From: a virus | Lineage: Duplodnaviria > Caudoviricetes | Strand: one strand, 5' to 3' | IMG/VR virus record: IMGVR_UViG_3300008255_000047 | Coordinates: 1 to 41,548 of that record | Length of the DNA stretch: 41,548 nt | In this document: positions 1-7,735 of the stretch, piece after piece | Layout: each line of letters begins with the position of its first letter | Position numbering within the stretch: the first letter of the stretch is position 1 | Position numbers and translations under genes: made by a program | The notes under the pieces: generated by a model | Database searches by the model: none | What the model was told of the DNA's origin: nothing | Seen by the model: only the letters and a program-made list of their open reading frames with translations

Positions 1-103
1 AACCCGCCGCTGCACAACAGCCCGTGCCCGGTGCGCCGCTTCCCACGCTCAATTTTCAGCAACTCATGGCGGCTATCAGTCAGGGATTGCGTGACAAAAA
101 AAT
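1..103. repeat. Terminal direct repeat (copy 1) from circular contig overlap
   Basis: Bases 1-103 are identical to 41446-41548, and the reading frame of the gene starting at 40878 continues through the join. Confidence 0.95.
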
Positions 104-230
104 TGATAACGTATATTTGCAACAGCTTGTTCAACATTTCCAAATTACCGGCATTCCGGCACTGGCGAGCACGCACGCGAATTTGATTCCAAACGTTGTG
201 GCGGAATTGCAAAAGCGCGGTGTGGTGTAA
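3..230 (+). CDS. C-terminal part of the 265-aa Pro/Gln-rich protein that starts at 40878 and spans the contig join
   Basis: ORF 24..230 is in frame with the ATG at 40878 via the terminal overlap; the stop overlaps the next start (TAATG). Confidence 0.85.
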   Translation, partial: PAAAQQPVPGAPLPTLNFQQLMAAISQGLRDKKIDNVYLQQLVQHFQITGIPALASTHANLIPNVVAELQKRGVV

Positions 231-424
231 TGCAAAATTATTTAACACTCACAAAGTTAAGGGAAAAACTCGGTGGACGTTCCCGAAGTGCAATCTATAC
301 GGACCTCGCAGAAGGACGCTTACCTAAACCGATTAAGTTGGGCGGCAAACTCTATTGGCCGTCTGAAGATGTTGAGAAACATCTGCACGACTTAATGCAA
401 GCCGCGCAAAAAGGTGTGGTGTAA
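230..424 (+). CDS. alpA: AlpA-family / excisionase-like HTH regulator
   Basis: 64 aa with the AlpA pattern: LREKLGGRSRSAIY...EGRLPKPIKLGGK..WPSEDV. Confidence 0.85.
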   Translation: MQNYLTLTKLREKLGGRSRSAIYTDLAEGRLPKPIKLGGKLYWPSEDVEKHLHDLMQAAQKGVV

Positions 425-1512
425 TGGCACTAGAAATTAATGCAACGGACCTTCACCGCATCATGGGGTGCGGTGGATTCCTCGAACTTGCACCACACGC
501 AATAGCCGATAAAATAACGGATGACCGCTTAGAAGGTATCGCCGCGCACGGTGTTTTTAAATACGTGCTTAACGGTATGGTTTCGACGGCGGAGGAATTG
601 GTTGACCGCAACATAAACGGTTACATCGTGACCGCTGAAATGGTTGAACATATCATCCCACATATTGAACACATACAGCGGCGCGGCTTGACCGTGTTAA
701 GCGAAGAAAAATTAAATTGGGCAACACCAACCGGGGGAATTATCAACTGTCGCGCCGATGTTGTTTCATATGATGAAATGACACAAACACTTTACATTGA
801 CGATCCGAAATATGGGTGGAAAATTGTAGAACCGCATCATAATTGGCAAATGATAGCTTATGCTATTGGTGCAATGGTCACTCATAAATGGCCCGCGCTC
901 AATATCGTTATGACAATTCACCAGCCGCGCCCGTTCCACGGTAGCGGTCCCGTTCGTGAATGGATAATCGACGCCCGCGCTATCCAGCAATTTTATCAAC
1001 AAATTGTTGATCGACTTGTGACGTTGCCGGATACCGTCACAACCGGCCCGCATTGCTACAAGTGCGACCGCGCTTATGCGTGCCCGGCTTCACGTATGGC
1101 CGCACTCGCCGCCGTCGATATAACGACAGGGGCTTACAGCGAGGACTTGACAGCCCTGCAAATTTCCTATGAATTGAATTTGCTGGACCGCGCGCAAGAG
1201 GCTTTGAAGGTTCGCCTTGACGCGCTCAAATCGCTCGCAACATCGAAAGGTGGTGTTCCGGGTTGGGCAATGAAACAATCTTACGGTAACCGCAAATGGA
1301 TTGAAGGCGCGGACGCCGAAACGCTTTCAATGTTGGGTGGTGTCGCGGTTGAAGCATTGCAAAAGTTATCGCTTATCACACCCTCACAAGCTGAGAAGGT
1401 GGGAGTACCTAAAGAAGTCGTAAGCGGTTGGACCGACCGACCATCACGCGGTTTCAACTTGGTCCGCGCCGATACCGATAAAGACGCTCAGAAATTATTT
1501 AATCAGCAATAG
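424..1512 (+). CDS. Cas4-like PD-(D/E)xK exonuclease (DUF2800 type)
   Basis: EGIAAH, RADVV...IDDPKYG and QMIAYA motifs; N-terminal Cys plus CxxC-x5-C (putative Fe-S ligands); upstream of SSB and polymerase. Confidence 0.85.
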   Translation: MALEINATDLHRIMGCGGFLELAPHAIADKITDDRLEGIAAHGVFKYVLNGMVSTAEELVDRNINGYIVTAEMVEHIIPHIEHIQRRGLTVLSEEKLNWATPTGGIINCRADVVSYDEMTQTLYIDDPKYGWKIVEPHHNWQMIAYAIGAMVTHKWPALNIVMTIHQPRPFHGSGPVREWIIDARAIQQFYQQIVDRLVTLPDTVTTGPHCYKCDRAYACPASRMAALAAVDITTGAYSEDLTALQISYELNLLDRAQEALKVRLDALKSLATSKGGVPGWAMKQSYGNRKWIEGADAETLSMLGGVAVEALQKLSLITPSQAEKVGVPKEVVSGWTDRPSRGFNLVRADTDKDAQKLFNQQ

Positions 1513-1525
1513 GAGAACTGCAAAC

Positions 1526-2467
1526 ATGCCTATCCAATTTACTACCGGCGCAGGTCGCATTGTGTGGGGAAACCCGCTTATTGCCAAACCGAAAACGGAC
1601 GATAATAAAAAACCCGTGCTGGACCCGCAAACAGGTCAACCGATTATGCAATATGCTTTCGGTTTTGCGATTCCGAAACACGAATTCGGTTTTGTGCAAG
1701 GTCAACAGCCGTTCGGATTGTGGGCTGCGATGTTGGCGGAAGCCACCGCGACATTCGGCCAAGGTGTTCCGGCAAACTTCGCATGGAAAATCAAAGACGG
1801 CGACGGCTTGGACGATCAAGGCAAACCGTACAACACGCGCGAAGGATACGCGGGTTGCTATGTCTTGACTGTCTCAACTGAATCATTCCGTCCGCGCGTT
1901 GTGCGCCTTAATGGTGGTGCATATCAAGAAATGACGGACGGTATTAAGACCGGCGACTATGGGCGTGTTGCGCTCACGCTCAAAGGTCACACGGGCAAAC
2001 AGGGCACGCGTGGTTCAAAGCCCGGTCTTTATGTAAACCCCCAAATGTTTGAATTTTTGGGATACGGTGAAGCGATCCAGAACGGCCCCGATGCTATGAC
2101 CGTTTTTGGTGGTCAAGTCGTCGCGCTTCCGCCCGGCGCGTCCGCCGTACCGCTCGCGCCGTCCGGTGGTATGCCCGGCGCTCCAGGGATGCCGGGAGTG
2201 CACCCTATGCAGCCGGGTCAACCACAATACGCGGCGGCGGCTGCACCCGGTGCGGCGCACCCTGGGACGGCCCCTGCGGGCTTCCAGGGAGCACCAGTGA
2301 CACAGGGGACTGCATACCCTTCTAACACCGCGCCCGCAACGCCCGCGCATGATTTTGTATATCGCGCCGCCCAGGGGATGCCCGATCAACCGGGGGGCGC
2401 GCCACAATATGCAGCCGCGTCGGGGATGCCCGGTTATAATCCAATGCCGGGGGCACAGCCCCAGTAG
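1526..2467 (+). CDS. Phage single-stranded DNA-binding protein (DUF2815/T7 gp2.5-like) with long Pro/Gly/Ala/Gln tail
   Basis: KIKDGD, GYAGCYVL, KTGDYGRV and GLYVNPQ motifs; AGGAG RBS; DUF2800-SSB-polymerase synteny. Confidence 0.8.
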   Translation: MPIQFTTGAGRIVWGNPLIAKPKTDDNKKPVLDPQTGQPIMQYAFGFAIPKHEFGFVQGQQPFGLWAAMLAEATATFGQGVPANFAWKIKDGDGLDDQGKPYNTREGYAGCYVLTVSTESFRPRVVRLNGGAYQEMTDGIKTGDYGRVALTLKGHTGKQGTRGSKPGLYVNPQMFEFLGYGEAIQNGPDAMTVFGGQVVALPPGASAVPLAPSGGMPGAPGMPGVHPMQPGQPQYAAAAAPGAAHPGTAPAGFQGAPVTQGTAYPSNTAPATPAHDFVYRAAQGMPDQPGGAPQYAAASGMPGYNPMPGAQPQ

Positions 2468-2473
2468 CGTCGG

Positions 2474-2513
2474 AAATAGGCCGGTTCAACGGATTCCCGA
2501 ACCGGCCTATTTT
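2474..2513 (+). terminator. Intrinsic terminator after SSB
   Basis: 14-bp stem AAATAGGCCGGTTC/GAACCGGCCTATTT ending in a T-run, right after the stop. Confidence 0.75.
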
Positions 2514-2551
2514 CTATAAAATAATAGTTGTTCTTTTTCGGGGGACTAATT

Positions 2552-2677
2552 TTGAACAACACAGACAGCGAAACGCGCGAAGAAAAATTTTTGATTGCAG
2601 CATTAGCGGTTTTTTCCATCTCTCTTGTTTACTGTCTGGGTATTTTGACAGGTTGGATACTTTGGGGAGTGCCATAA
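2552..2677 (+). CDS. 41-aa single-pass membrane microprotein (not in ORF track)
   Basis: GGGGGA RBS and TTG start; MNNTDSETREEKFLIAALAVFSISLVYCLGILTGWILWGVP; ends TAA-G-ATG into the next gene. Confidence 0.6.
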   Translation: MNNTDSETREEKFLIAALAVFSISLVYCLGILTGWILWGVP

Positions 2678-2678
2678 G

Positions 2679-2936
2679 ATGGAAGCGCCGGAAGAGGAAT
2701 CATTTGATCTAGCGGACGTGACCGACAAAGATTTGTTTGAAGAACTAATAATCCGTTTCATTGAATTGGAACAACGCGAAAAGAAAATCGAAAGATTGCG
2801 TGAAATTTTGCACTGTTCCGCGCGCATCGCGTTCGGTGACTTCACCGATTTGCCGCGCTTGAAATTGCTTTTCAATGATGCAAACGTTTACGGTGCATCG
2901 CCCGCGCAACTCGAATTGTTGTTGAACCGCGAATGA
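2679..2936 (+). CDS. Hypothetical protein
   Basis: GGGGAG RBS; ATGA overlap with the next gene. Confidence 0.65.
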   Translation: MEAPEEESFDLADVTDKDLFEELIIRFIELEQREKKIERLREILHCSARIAFGDFTDLPRLKLLFNDANVYGASPAQLELLLNRE

Positions 2937-3223
2937 CCAAACGGAATCAACCTATAACTATTCGTGGTGTGACGTATGCAACAAGGAAAGATGCTGCGAA
3001 GGTTCTAGGTATTCACCCTGCCACATTAAACCAAGCGATTAAGCGAGGGACACAAGATAAATGTGGATTGGGTGTTAACAAACCCGTCAAAATTCGCGGT
3101 ATTATGTATGAATCGCGGGAGGCAGCAGGGCGAGCATTCGGAACAAGTGGTAGCAACATAACACGCAGGGAAGTATTCGGAACATTGCACCGCGCCGGAA
3201 TGAGAGGCCGTTACAAAAAATGA
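2933..3223 (+). CDS. Tandem NUMOD1/IENR1-like HTH DNA-binding protein
   Basis: Two copies of P(I/V)xIRGxxYx(T/S)RxxAxxx(L/F)G; no nuclease motif seen. Confidence 0.65.
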   Translation: MTKRNQPITIRGVTYATRKDAAKVLGIHPATLNQAIKRGTQDKCGLGVNKPVKIRGIMYESREAAGRAFGTSGSNITRREVFGTLHRAGMRGRYKK

Positions 3224-5217
3224 TTATTTATGATCTTGAATGCTACCCTAATTTGTTTTCCTGTTGTGCAGTATCGCTCGACCGTGACGATTTTACAACG
3301 TGGGAAATAAGCGACCGACGAAACGACAAAGCCGCGTTGTTGGAATGGCTGCACTCGCTCGCAACGAACCAAATCGAAATGGTTGGGTTCAACAATATTG
3401 GATACGACTACGTTCTGATTCACGATCTATTGCGGAATCCGGTCACCAGCACGCACCACACGCTCTATGCGAAGTCACAGGAGATTTTCGCCAGTCAAAA
3501 CGGCAACCGTTGGGCATTGAATATTTGGCCGAGTGATAGAATTATTCCGCAAATCGACCTTTTCAAAATTTGGCATATGGATAACGTCGCGCGCTCGCAA
3601 AGCCTCAAAGGCTTGCAACATAATATGCGCTCGCCTTCCGTGGTTGATCTTCCGATTAAACCCGGCACCATTTTAAACAGCGATCAAATCGACACGCTGT
3701 TGAGATACGGTGAACACGATGTAAAAGAAACGCGCCGGTTCGCGCGTATCAGTATGCCGGAAATTGATTTGCGCCGTAAGCTGCGCGACGATGGTATGAT
3801 TTCCGGCGACGTTCTCAACTTCAATTCAACGAAACTCGGAAAAGAACTTTTAATCCAGCGCCTAGGTGACGTTTGTTGGACGCGTGACCAAAACGGACGC
3901 CGCGCGCCGCGTCAAACAATCCACGCGTATATTCCATTGCGTGACGTTATTTTTACGTACATCAAATTTGAACACCCGGAATTTCAGCGCGTTCATCATT
4001 GGATATTGAATCAAACGCTGCAACCGGATGATATGAACCCCGACCGCGCCAGTACGAAAGGCGTTTTCAAAGGTATCAGCGCAACAATCGACGGCTTTCA
4101 ATTCAATTACGGAACCGGCGGGATTCACGGCTCGCTAACTTCCGCCGCGATCCACAGTGACGCGGAATACATGATTTTAGACACGGACGTTGCAAGCCTT
4201 TATCCGGCCATTGCAATCGTGAACAAACTTGCGCCCGCGCATTTGGGTGAAGCGTTCGTGAGTCACTACGCGGAATTAAAAAAAGAACGGTTTAAACATG
4301 CGAAAGGCACGCCGGAAAATTCCGCGCTCAAACTTGGGTTAAATGGATCATATGGAGACAGCAATAATATTTATTCACCGCTATATGACCCCGAGTTCAC
4401 AATGTCGATCACGCTCAACGGTCAACTGTTGATTTCAATGCTTGCGGAATGGTTGATTAAATACGTACCCGGTTTGGCCATGCTGCAAATCAACACGGAC
4501 GGTCTAACCGTTCGTATGCCGCGCACGTCGCGCGCTGTATACGATGAAGTTTGTAAGCTTTGGGAAGCGTTCACGCTGCTTGAATTAGAATTTGTCGAAT
4601 ATAAATCCATGTGGATTCGTGACGTGAATAATTATGTTGCGGTTGACACCAAAGGAAAGTTGAAAACAAAAGGTGCATATTGGACGCCCGACCTAGGCGA
4701 CGATTATGCTAAATCAATGTCATTCGGTCCCGGTCATTGGCACCAGCCGATAAATCATCCGATTGTTGCACGCGCCGCAATAGATCAAATGATTCACGGT
4801 ATCCCGGTTGACGTGACGCTATCAGCTTGCGCGGACCCATTTGAATTTATGATGGTCTACAAAGCAACGCGCGGTTCAACGCTCTACATTGGCGAAACAC
4901 CACAGCAACGCGTCACGCGCTATTACGTCACGCGTGAAGGTGGTGCTATGGTCAAGGTGTCGCCGCCTGTCGAGGGTGCAGAGCCGGGCGCGTTCAAGCG
5001 TAAAAACGGCGTGACGCAATATGAATATAGCAAGCATGATCCATTCACTTGGAACGGTAACGTACATACAGGGAATCGCAGCCGGTATGATGACCGCAAA
5101 ACAAGAGTTCAAGCCGGTTGGGTTGTTGCACAATGCAATGACGCGAGCGAATTTAAATGGGGAAACGTAAATTATGACTTCTACAACGCGGAAGCGGAAA
5201 AACTCGTTATCCGCTAA
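3220..5217 (+). CDS. Family-B-type DNA polymerase with 3'-5' exonuclease domain
   Basis: ExoI YDLECY, ExoII GFNNIGYD; polymerase motifs DVASLYP, KLGLNGSYG, INTDG. Confidence 0.92.
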   Translation: MIIYDLECYPNLFSCCAVSLDRDDFTTWEISDRRNDKAALLEWLHSLATNQIEMVGFNNIGYDYVLIHDLLRNPVTSTHHTLYAKSQEIFASQNGNRWALNIWPSDRIIPQIDLFKIWHMDNVARSQSLKGLQHNMRSPSVVDLPIKPGTILNSDQIDTLLRYGEHDVKETRRFARISMPEIDLRRKLRDDGMISGDVLNFNSTKLGKELLIQRLGDVCWTRDQNGRRAPRQTIHAYIPLRDVIFTYIKFEHPEFQRVHHWILNQTLQPDDMNPDRASTKGVFKGISATIDGFQFNYGTGGIHGSLTSAAIHSDAEYMILDTDVASLYPAIAIVNKLAPAHLGEAFVSHYAELKKERFKHAKGTPENSALKLGLNGSYGDSNNIYSPLYDPEFTMSITLNGQLLISMLAEWLIKYVPGLAMLQINTDGLTVRMPRTSRAVYDEVCKLWEAFTLLELEFVEYKSMWIRDVNNYVAVDTKGKLKTKGAYWTPDLGDDYAKSMSFGPGHWHQPINHPIVARAAIDQMIHGIPVDVTLSACADPFEFMMVYKATRGSTLYIGETPQQRVTRYYVTREGGAMVKVSPPVEGAEPGAFKRKNGVTQYEYSKHDPFTWNGNVHTGNRSRYDDRKTRVQAGWVVAQCNDASEFKWGNVNYDFYNAEAEKLVIR

Positions 5218-5446
5218 GACTGTTCCGGTGCGTCGATTTGAGCCGGGCGCGTCATCGCTCTATTTTTTTGCATTTTTGGAAGGGTGCGGTTATAGCGTTC
5301 ATTCCATAAATGGTCATCGGTACGGCGTGCGGTTTGGTAAGATCGAGCGGTACAAGAATATGACGCACGCTCAAGTTATGGAATTGGTTGACGAACTGCG
5401 AAAAAACAGCGGTTTAGAGCCGTTTCGGAAAAATTGTAACAAGTAA
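5174..5446 (+). CDS. Hypothetical protein (true start probably near 5210-5230)
   Basis: Open frame filling the gap between the polymerase and the next promoter. Confidence 0.55.
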   Translation: MTSTTRKRKNSLSAKTVPVRRFEPGASSLYFFAFLEGCGYSVHSINGHRYGVRFGKIERYKNMTHAQVMELVDELRKNSGLEPFRKNCNK

Positions 5447-5517
5447 CTTTTCTTTATTGACAGGGCTGTGAAGGGCGGTAAGATAGGCGCACCAATACGA
5501 ACAAAGGAACCGCCCCG
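5445..5517 (+). promoter_or_regulatory. Early promoter/RBS module
   Basis: AACTTTTCTTTA-TTGACA(5457-62)-N16-TAAGAT(5479-84), then AAAGGAACCGCCCCG-ATG. Confidence 0.8.
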
Positions 5518-6039
5518 ATGACCACTCATAAAATGCTTCCCTGTAAAGCGTGTTGCCCGGCCCGCCCGGATTTAGGTATGTGGAAGATTGGTCGCGTCCG
5601 CCATGAGCGCGATTATTGCGAGATTGACGGTAAGGACGTTGGGGCGTGGAAATGCTACAACTGCGGCAACGTCAAGCGCCCGCGCAAACGCGAACATATG
5701 TCGTGGGACTTCATCACTAAAGAAGCCACGACCGACGCCAAAATGAACCGCCGCAATAAGATCACGTTTCATTGCTTCAACCCGAATGGTATTTATGCCG
5801 CGCTTAAGGTTGTGCAAAATCGCGTTTCCGAGACGGTTGATAAAACCGGCGTGCCTAATGGCGCGTTGCTGGTGTACGGCTCATTTAATGATTATCCGCG
5901 TAAGCGTTTGTTTGACGCGCTCGAAAAGAAAAGCGCATCAAGCTATGACATTCATTCCGCTATCAGGTATGTCAAAGACGAAATTGAGAAAGTGAATGAG
6001 TGGATTGCAAAAACCCTTGCTAACCCTATGGAGGCTTAA
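5518..6039 (+). CDS. Hypothetical protein with N-terminal Zn-ribbon
   Basis: CKAC...CYNC; strong RBS downstream of the promoter. Confidence 0.75.
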   Translation: MTTHKMLPCKACCPARPDLGMWKIGRVRHERDYCEIDGKDVGAWKCYNCGNVKRPRKREHMSWDFITKEATTDAKMNRRNKITFHCFNPNGIYAALKVVQNRVSETVDKTGVPNGALLVYGSFNDYPRKRLFDALEKKSASSYDIHSAIRYVKDEIEKVNEWIAKTLANPMEA

Positions 6040-6041
6040 TC

Positions 6042-6239
6042 GTGGTCCGTTATATCGTCCGCGTGTATCGCGAGATTGAAGAAGAATATACGGACGTGGA
6101 AGTATCCGCTAAATCAAAAGATGATGCAGCGCGCAAGGCTGAAACGCTTGTGTCAAAAGACCCGAAAGCATGGTTTAGCGAGCCTAATATTTATTACAGC
6201 ACGCACCTTGAATACGATGAAGTGGAAAGGGTGAAATAG
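6042..6239 (+). CDS. Hypothetical protein
   Basis: GGAGG RBS, GTG start, tight packing. Confidence 0.7.
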   Translation: MVRYIVRVYREIEEEYTDVEVSAKSKDDAARKAETLVSKDPKAWFSEPNIYYSTHLEYDEVERVK

Positions 6240-6240
6240 A

Positions 6241-6497
6241 ATGTCGCTCGATTATAAAATCTATCAGGACAAAGAATTGATTGCTGCGACGGCAACCGCT
6301 TACGGTGCATCGCATATGATAACTGCAACACCTAAAGCGGTTGTCAAATACGCCGGGCGCGTCGTGTGGAACGAGTTGAAAGATGGTATTGGTGGTAGTC
6401 ACGTTGTCATGGCTACTACAATAAAATGCGCGTCAACCATCACCGCGAACAAGCCGCCGCCAAATATGAACGTTTGAAACAGAGGATGACAAAATGA
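6241..6497 (+). pseudogene. Hypothetical protein with an apparent 1-base frameshift at the A4 run 6423-6426
   Basis: The zero frame stops at 6477; the -1 frame continues MRVNHHREQAAAKYERLKQRMTK and ends in an ATGA overlap with the next gene. Confidence 0.5.
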
Positions 6498-6580
6498 GTT
6501 ATCGCACACAATTCGCTTTAACGATACTCGCCGGATTTCTCGCCGCCGTGTTAGTTTACGCTTCATTGGTGGCGTTCTAA
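6494..6580 (+). CDS. 28-aa hydrophobic microprotein (not in ORF track)
   Basis: GAGGA RBS; MSYRTQFALTILAGFLAAVLVYASLVAF; TAATG overlap with the next ORF. Confidence 0.6.
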   Translation: MSYRTQFALTILAGFLAAVLVYASLVAF

Positions 6581-6681
6581 TGTTCCGGTTCATCCTCTCA
6601 CTATTCCGCCCGCACCCCGAGCCGCCGTTGTGGGTCAAATGCATGGCGGTTCACATTATCAAAACGACAATTAAAGGATAA
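6580..6681 (+). CDS. 33-aa microprotein (not in ORF track)
   Basis: MFRFILSLFRPHPEPPLWVKCMAVHIIKTTIKG; coupled start; its end supplies the RBS of the next gene. Confidence 0.5.
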   Translation: MFRFILSLFRPHPEPPLWVKCMAVHIIKTTIKG

Positions 6682-6687
6682 GCCACG

Positions 6688-6942
6688 ATGACCGCCACGC
6701 CGGAAAACTTGAACCTCACGCTGTCCGAAAAAAGACTTTTCCAATTGTTTGACTGCTCGTTGGGAAAAGATGTTGAAATTGATCGCATCATTCAAACACT
6801 GGACGCTCCAAACCGTCAAGCCGCGACGGTGCGTATTAAATACTTCACGTCAAAGATTGCGCCTGGCGGTTGGATTGTCACGCGCACGTCAGGTATCGGG
6901 CGCGGCGCTACCGGCAGATTCAAAATGGAAAAGAAATTTTAA
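6688..6942 (+). CDS. Stand-alone OmpR/PhoB-type winged-helix protein
   Basis: LTLSEKRLFQL...GKDVEIDRI...VRIKYFTSKI...IVTRTSGIG resembles the Trans_reg_C pattern; no receiver domain. Confidence 0.55.
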   Translation: MTATPENLNLTLSEKRLFQLFDCSLGKDVEIDRIIQTLDAPNRQAATVRIKYFTSKIAPGGWIVTRTSGIGRGATGRFKMEKKF

Positions 6943-7056
6943 ATGCACCTTTTCGATTTTTGGACGGTCGTTAGCATTGCGTCGGGTGTTTGTGCATTTG
7001 CAATCCTCGGCGGCATGTTGCTTTTCTCAATCTGGACACGCGGAAGGGACAATTAA
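6943..7056 (+). CDS. 37-aa single-pass membrane microprotein (not in ORF track)
   Basis: MHLFDFWTVVSIASGVCAFAILGGMLLFSIWTRGRDN; abuts both neighbours (TAA-ATG). Confidence 0.6.
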   Translation: MHLFDFWTVVSIASGVCAFAILGGMLLFSIWTRGRDN

Positions 7057-7230
7057 ATGACACCGACGAGAGAAAAAGTTATATGGGAACTTTGTGCTAA
7101 CAATGACAAAGATGATTTGGCGGATAGACTCATTACGCTTTTCACGGAAGCGTTACAGGTGCCTGACAAAGACGGACAATCATTTGAGGCTTATGCCGAA
7201 CAAGACAAGATTGCGGGCAATGAACCATGA
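7057..7230 (+). CDS. 57-aa hypothetical protein (not in ORF track)
   Basis: AAGGGA RBS; MTPTREKVIWELC...; ATGA overlap with the next gene. Confidence 0.6.
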   Translation: MTPTREKVIWELCANNDKDDLADRLITLFTEALQVPDKDGQSFEAYAEQDKIAGNEP

Positions 7231-7463
7231 TGCACAAATTCAAAGTTGGTGACTTGGTAAATTACAAATCAAATTGCGGGAACTATCTTCGCAGCGGTGC
7301 AAGCATTTATTCAGACGCCGTAGTTATCTCGGAAAACCCGTTTATCTGTGCTTCGCAAACTGGTGATATGCGGTGGGAAGCAACGCTTGAACCTGACAGT
7401 ATGGAGAAAGTGGGCACCGCATCAAAAGACGCATTAGCAAGCGCAATGCGGCGACTGAAATGA
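7227..7463 (+). CDS. Hypothetical protein, possible SH3/KOW-like fold
   Basis: N-terminal FKVGDLV; coupled at both ends. Confidence 0.65.
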   Translation: MMHKFKVGDLVNYKSNCGNYLRSGASIYSDAVVISENPFICASQTGDMRWEATLEPDSMEKVGTASKDALASAMRRLK

Positions 7464-7678
7464 TGACCGACGCCGCACCAAAGCCCGATACGTTCCATTT
7501 TCATGTATGCGAGAATTGTTTGCACGTCATGGGACATAATTCAAAATCGCCGGAACCGCGCAGCTATCACGATTGCCCGAAGTGCGGTGAAGAAGTAGAC
7601 CGAAACGGATTTGTGCGCCGGTATGACGTGGCGCAAAGAGTGAGTTGCGGATTCAACAGACAGGGAACGGATAGATAA
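7460..7678 (+). CDS. Zn-ribbon hypothetical protein
   Basis: CENC...CPKC; last gene of the rightward arm. Confidence 0.65.
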   Translation: MMTDAAPKPDTFHFHVCENCLHVMGHNSKSPEPRSYHDCPKCGEEVDRNGFVRRYDVAQRVSCGFNRQGTDR

Positions 7679-7735
7679 GTGATGACCATAGAACGCACCG
7701 CCGCCTGACGTGTGGGACGCACTCAAACTATGGTG

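Noticed and set aside
1-103. 103-bp terminal repeat as physical genome ends
   Set aside because: It lies mid-gene and starts inside a tandem repeat, so it is best explained as assembler overlap of a circular or permuted genome
230-424. AlpA as evidence of a prophage or integrative element
   Set aside because: No integrase, att-like site, CI repressor or host genes recognised; lifestyle cannot be settled but looks lytic
424-1512. Cas4-like gene as part of a CRISPR system
   Set aside because: No repeat-spacer array or other cas genes seen; the context is the usual nuclease-SSB-polymerase module
2645-2680. TTGACAGG...TAAGAT resembling the early promoters
   Set aside because: The spacer is 24 bp and the site lies inside a small ORF
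4981-5252. 13-bp repeat GAGCCGGGCGCGT at 4981 and 5240
   Set aside because: Short, GC-rich and not at gene junctions; compatible with chance
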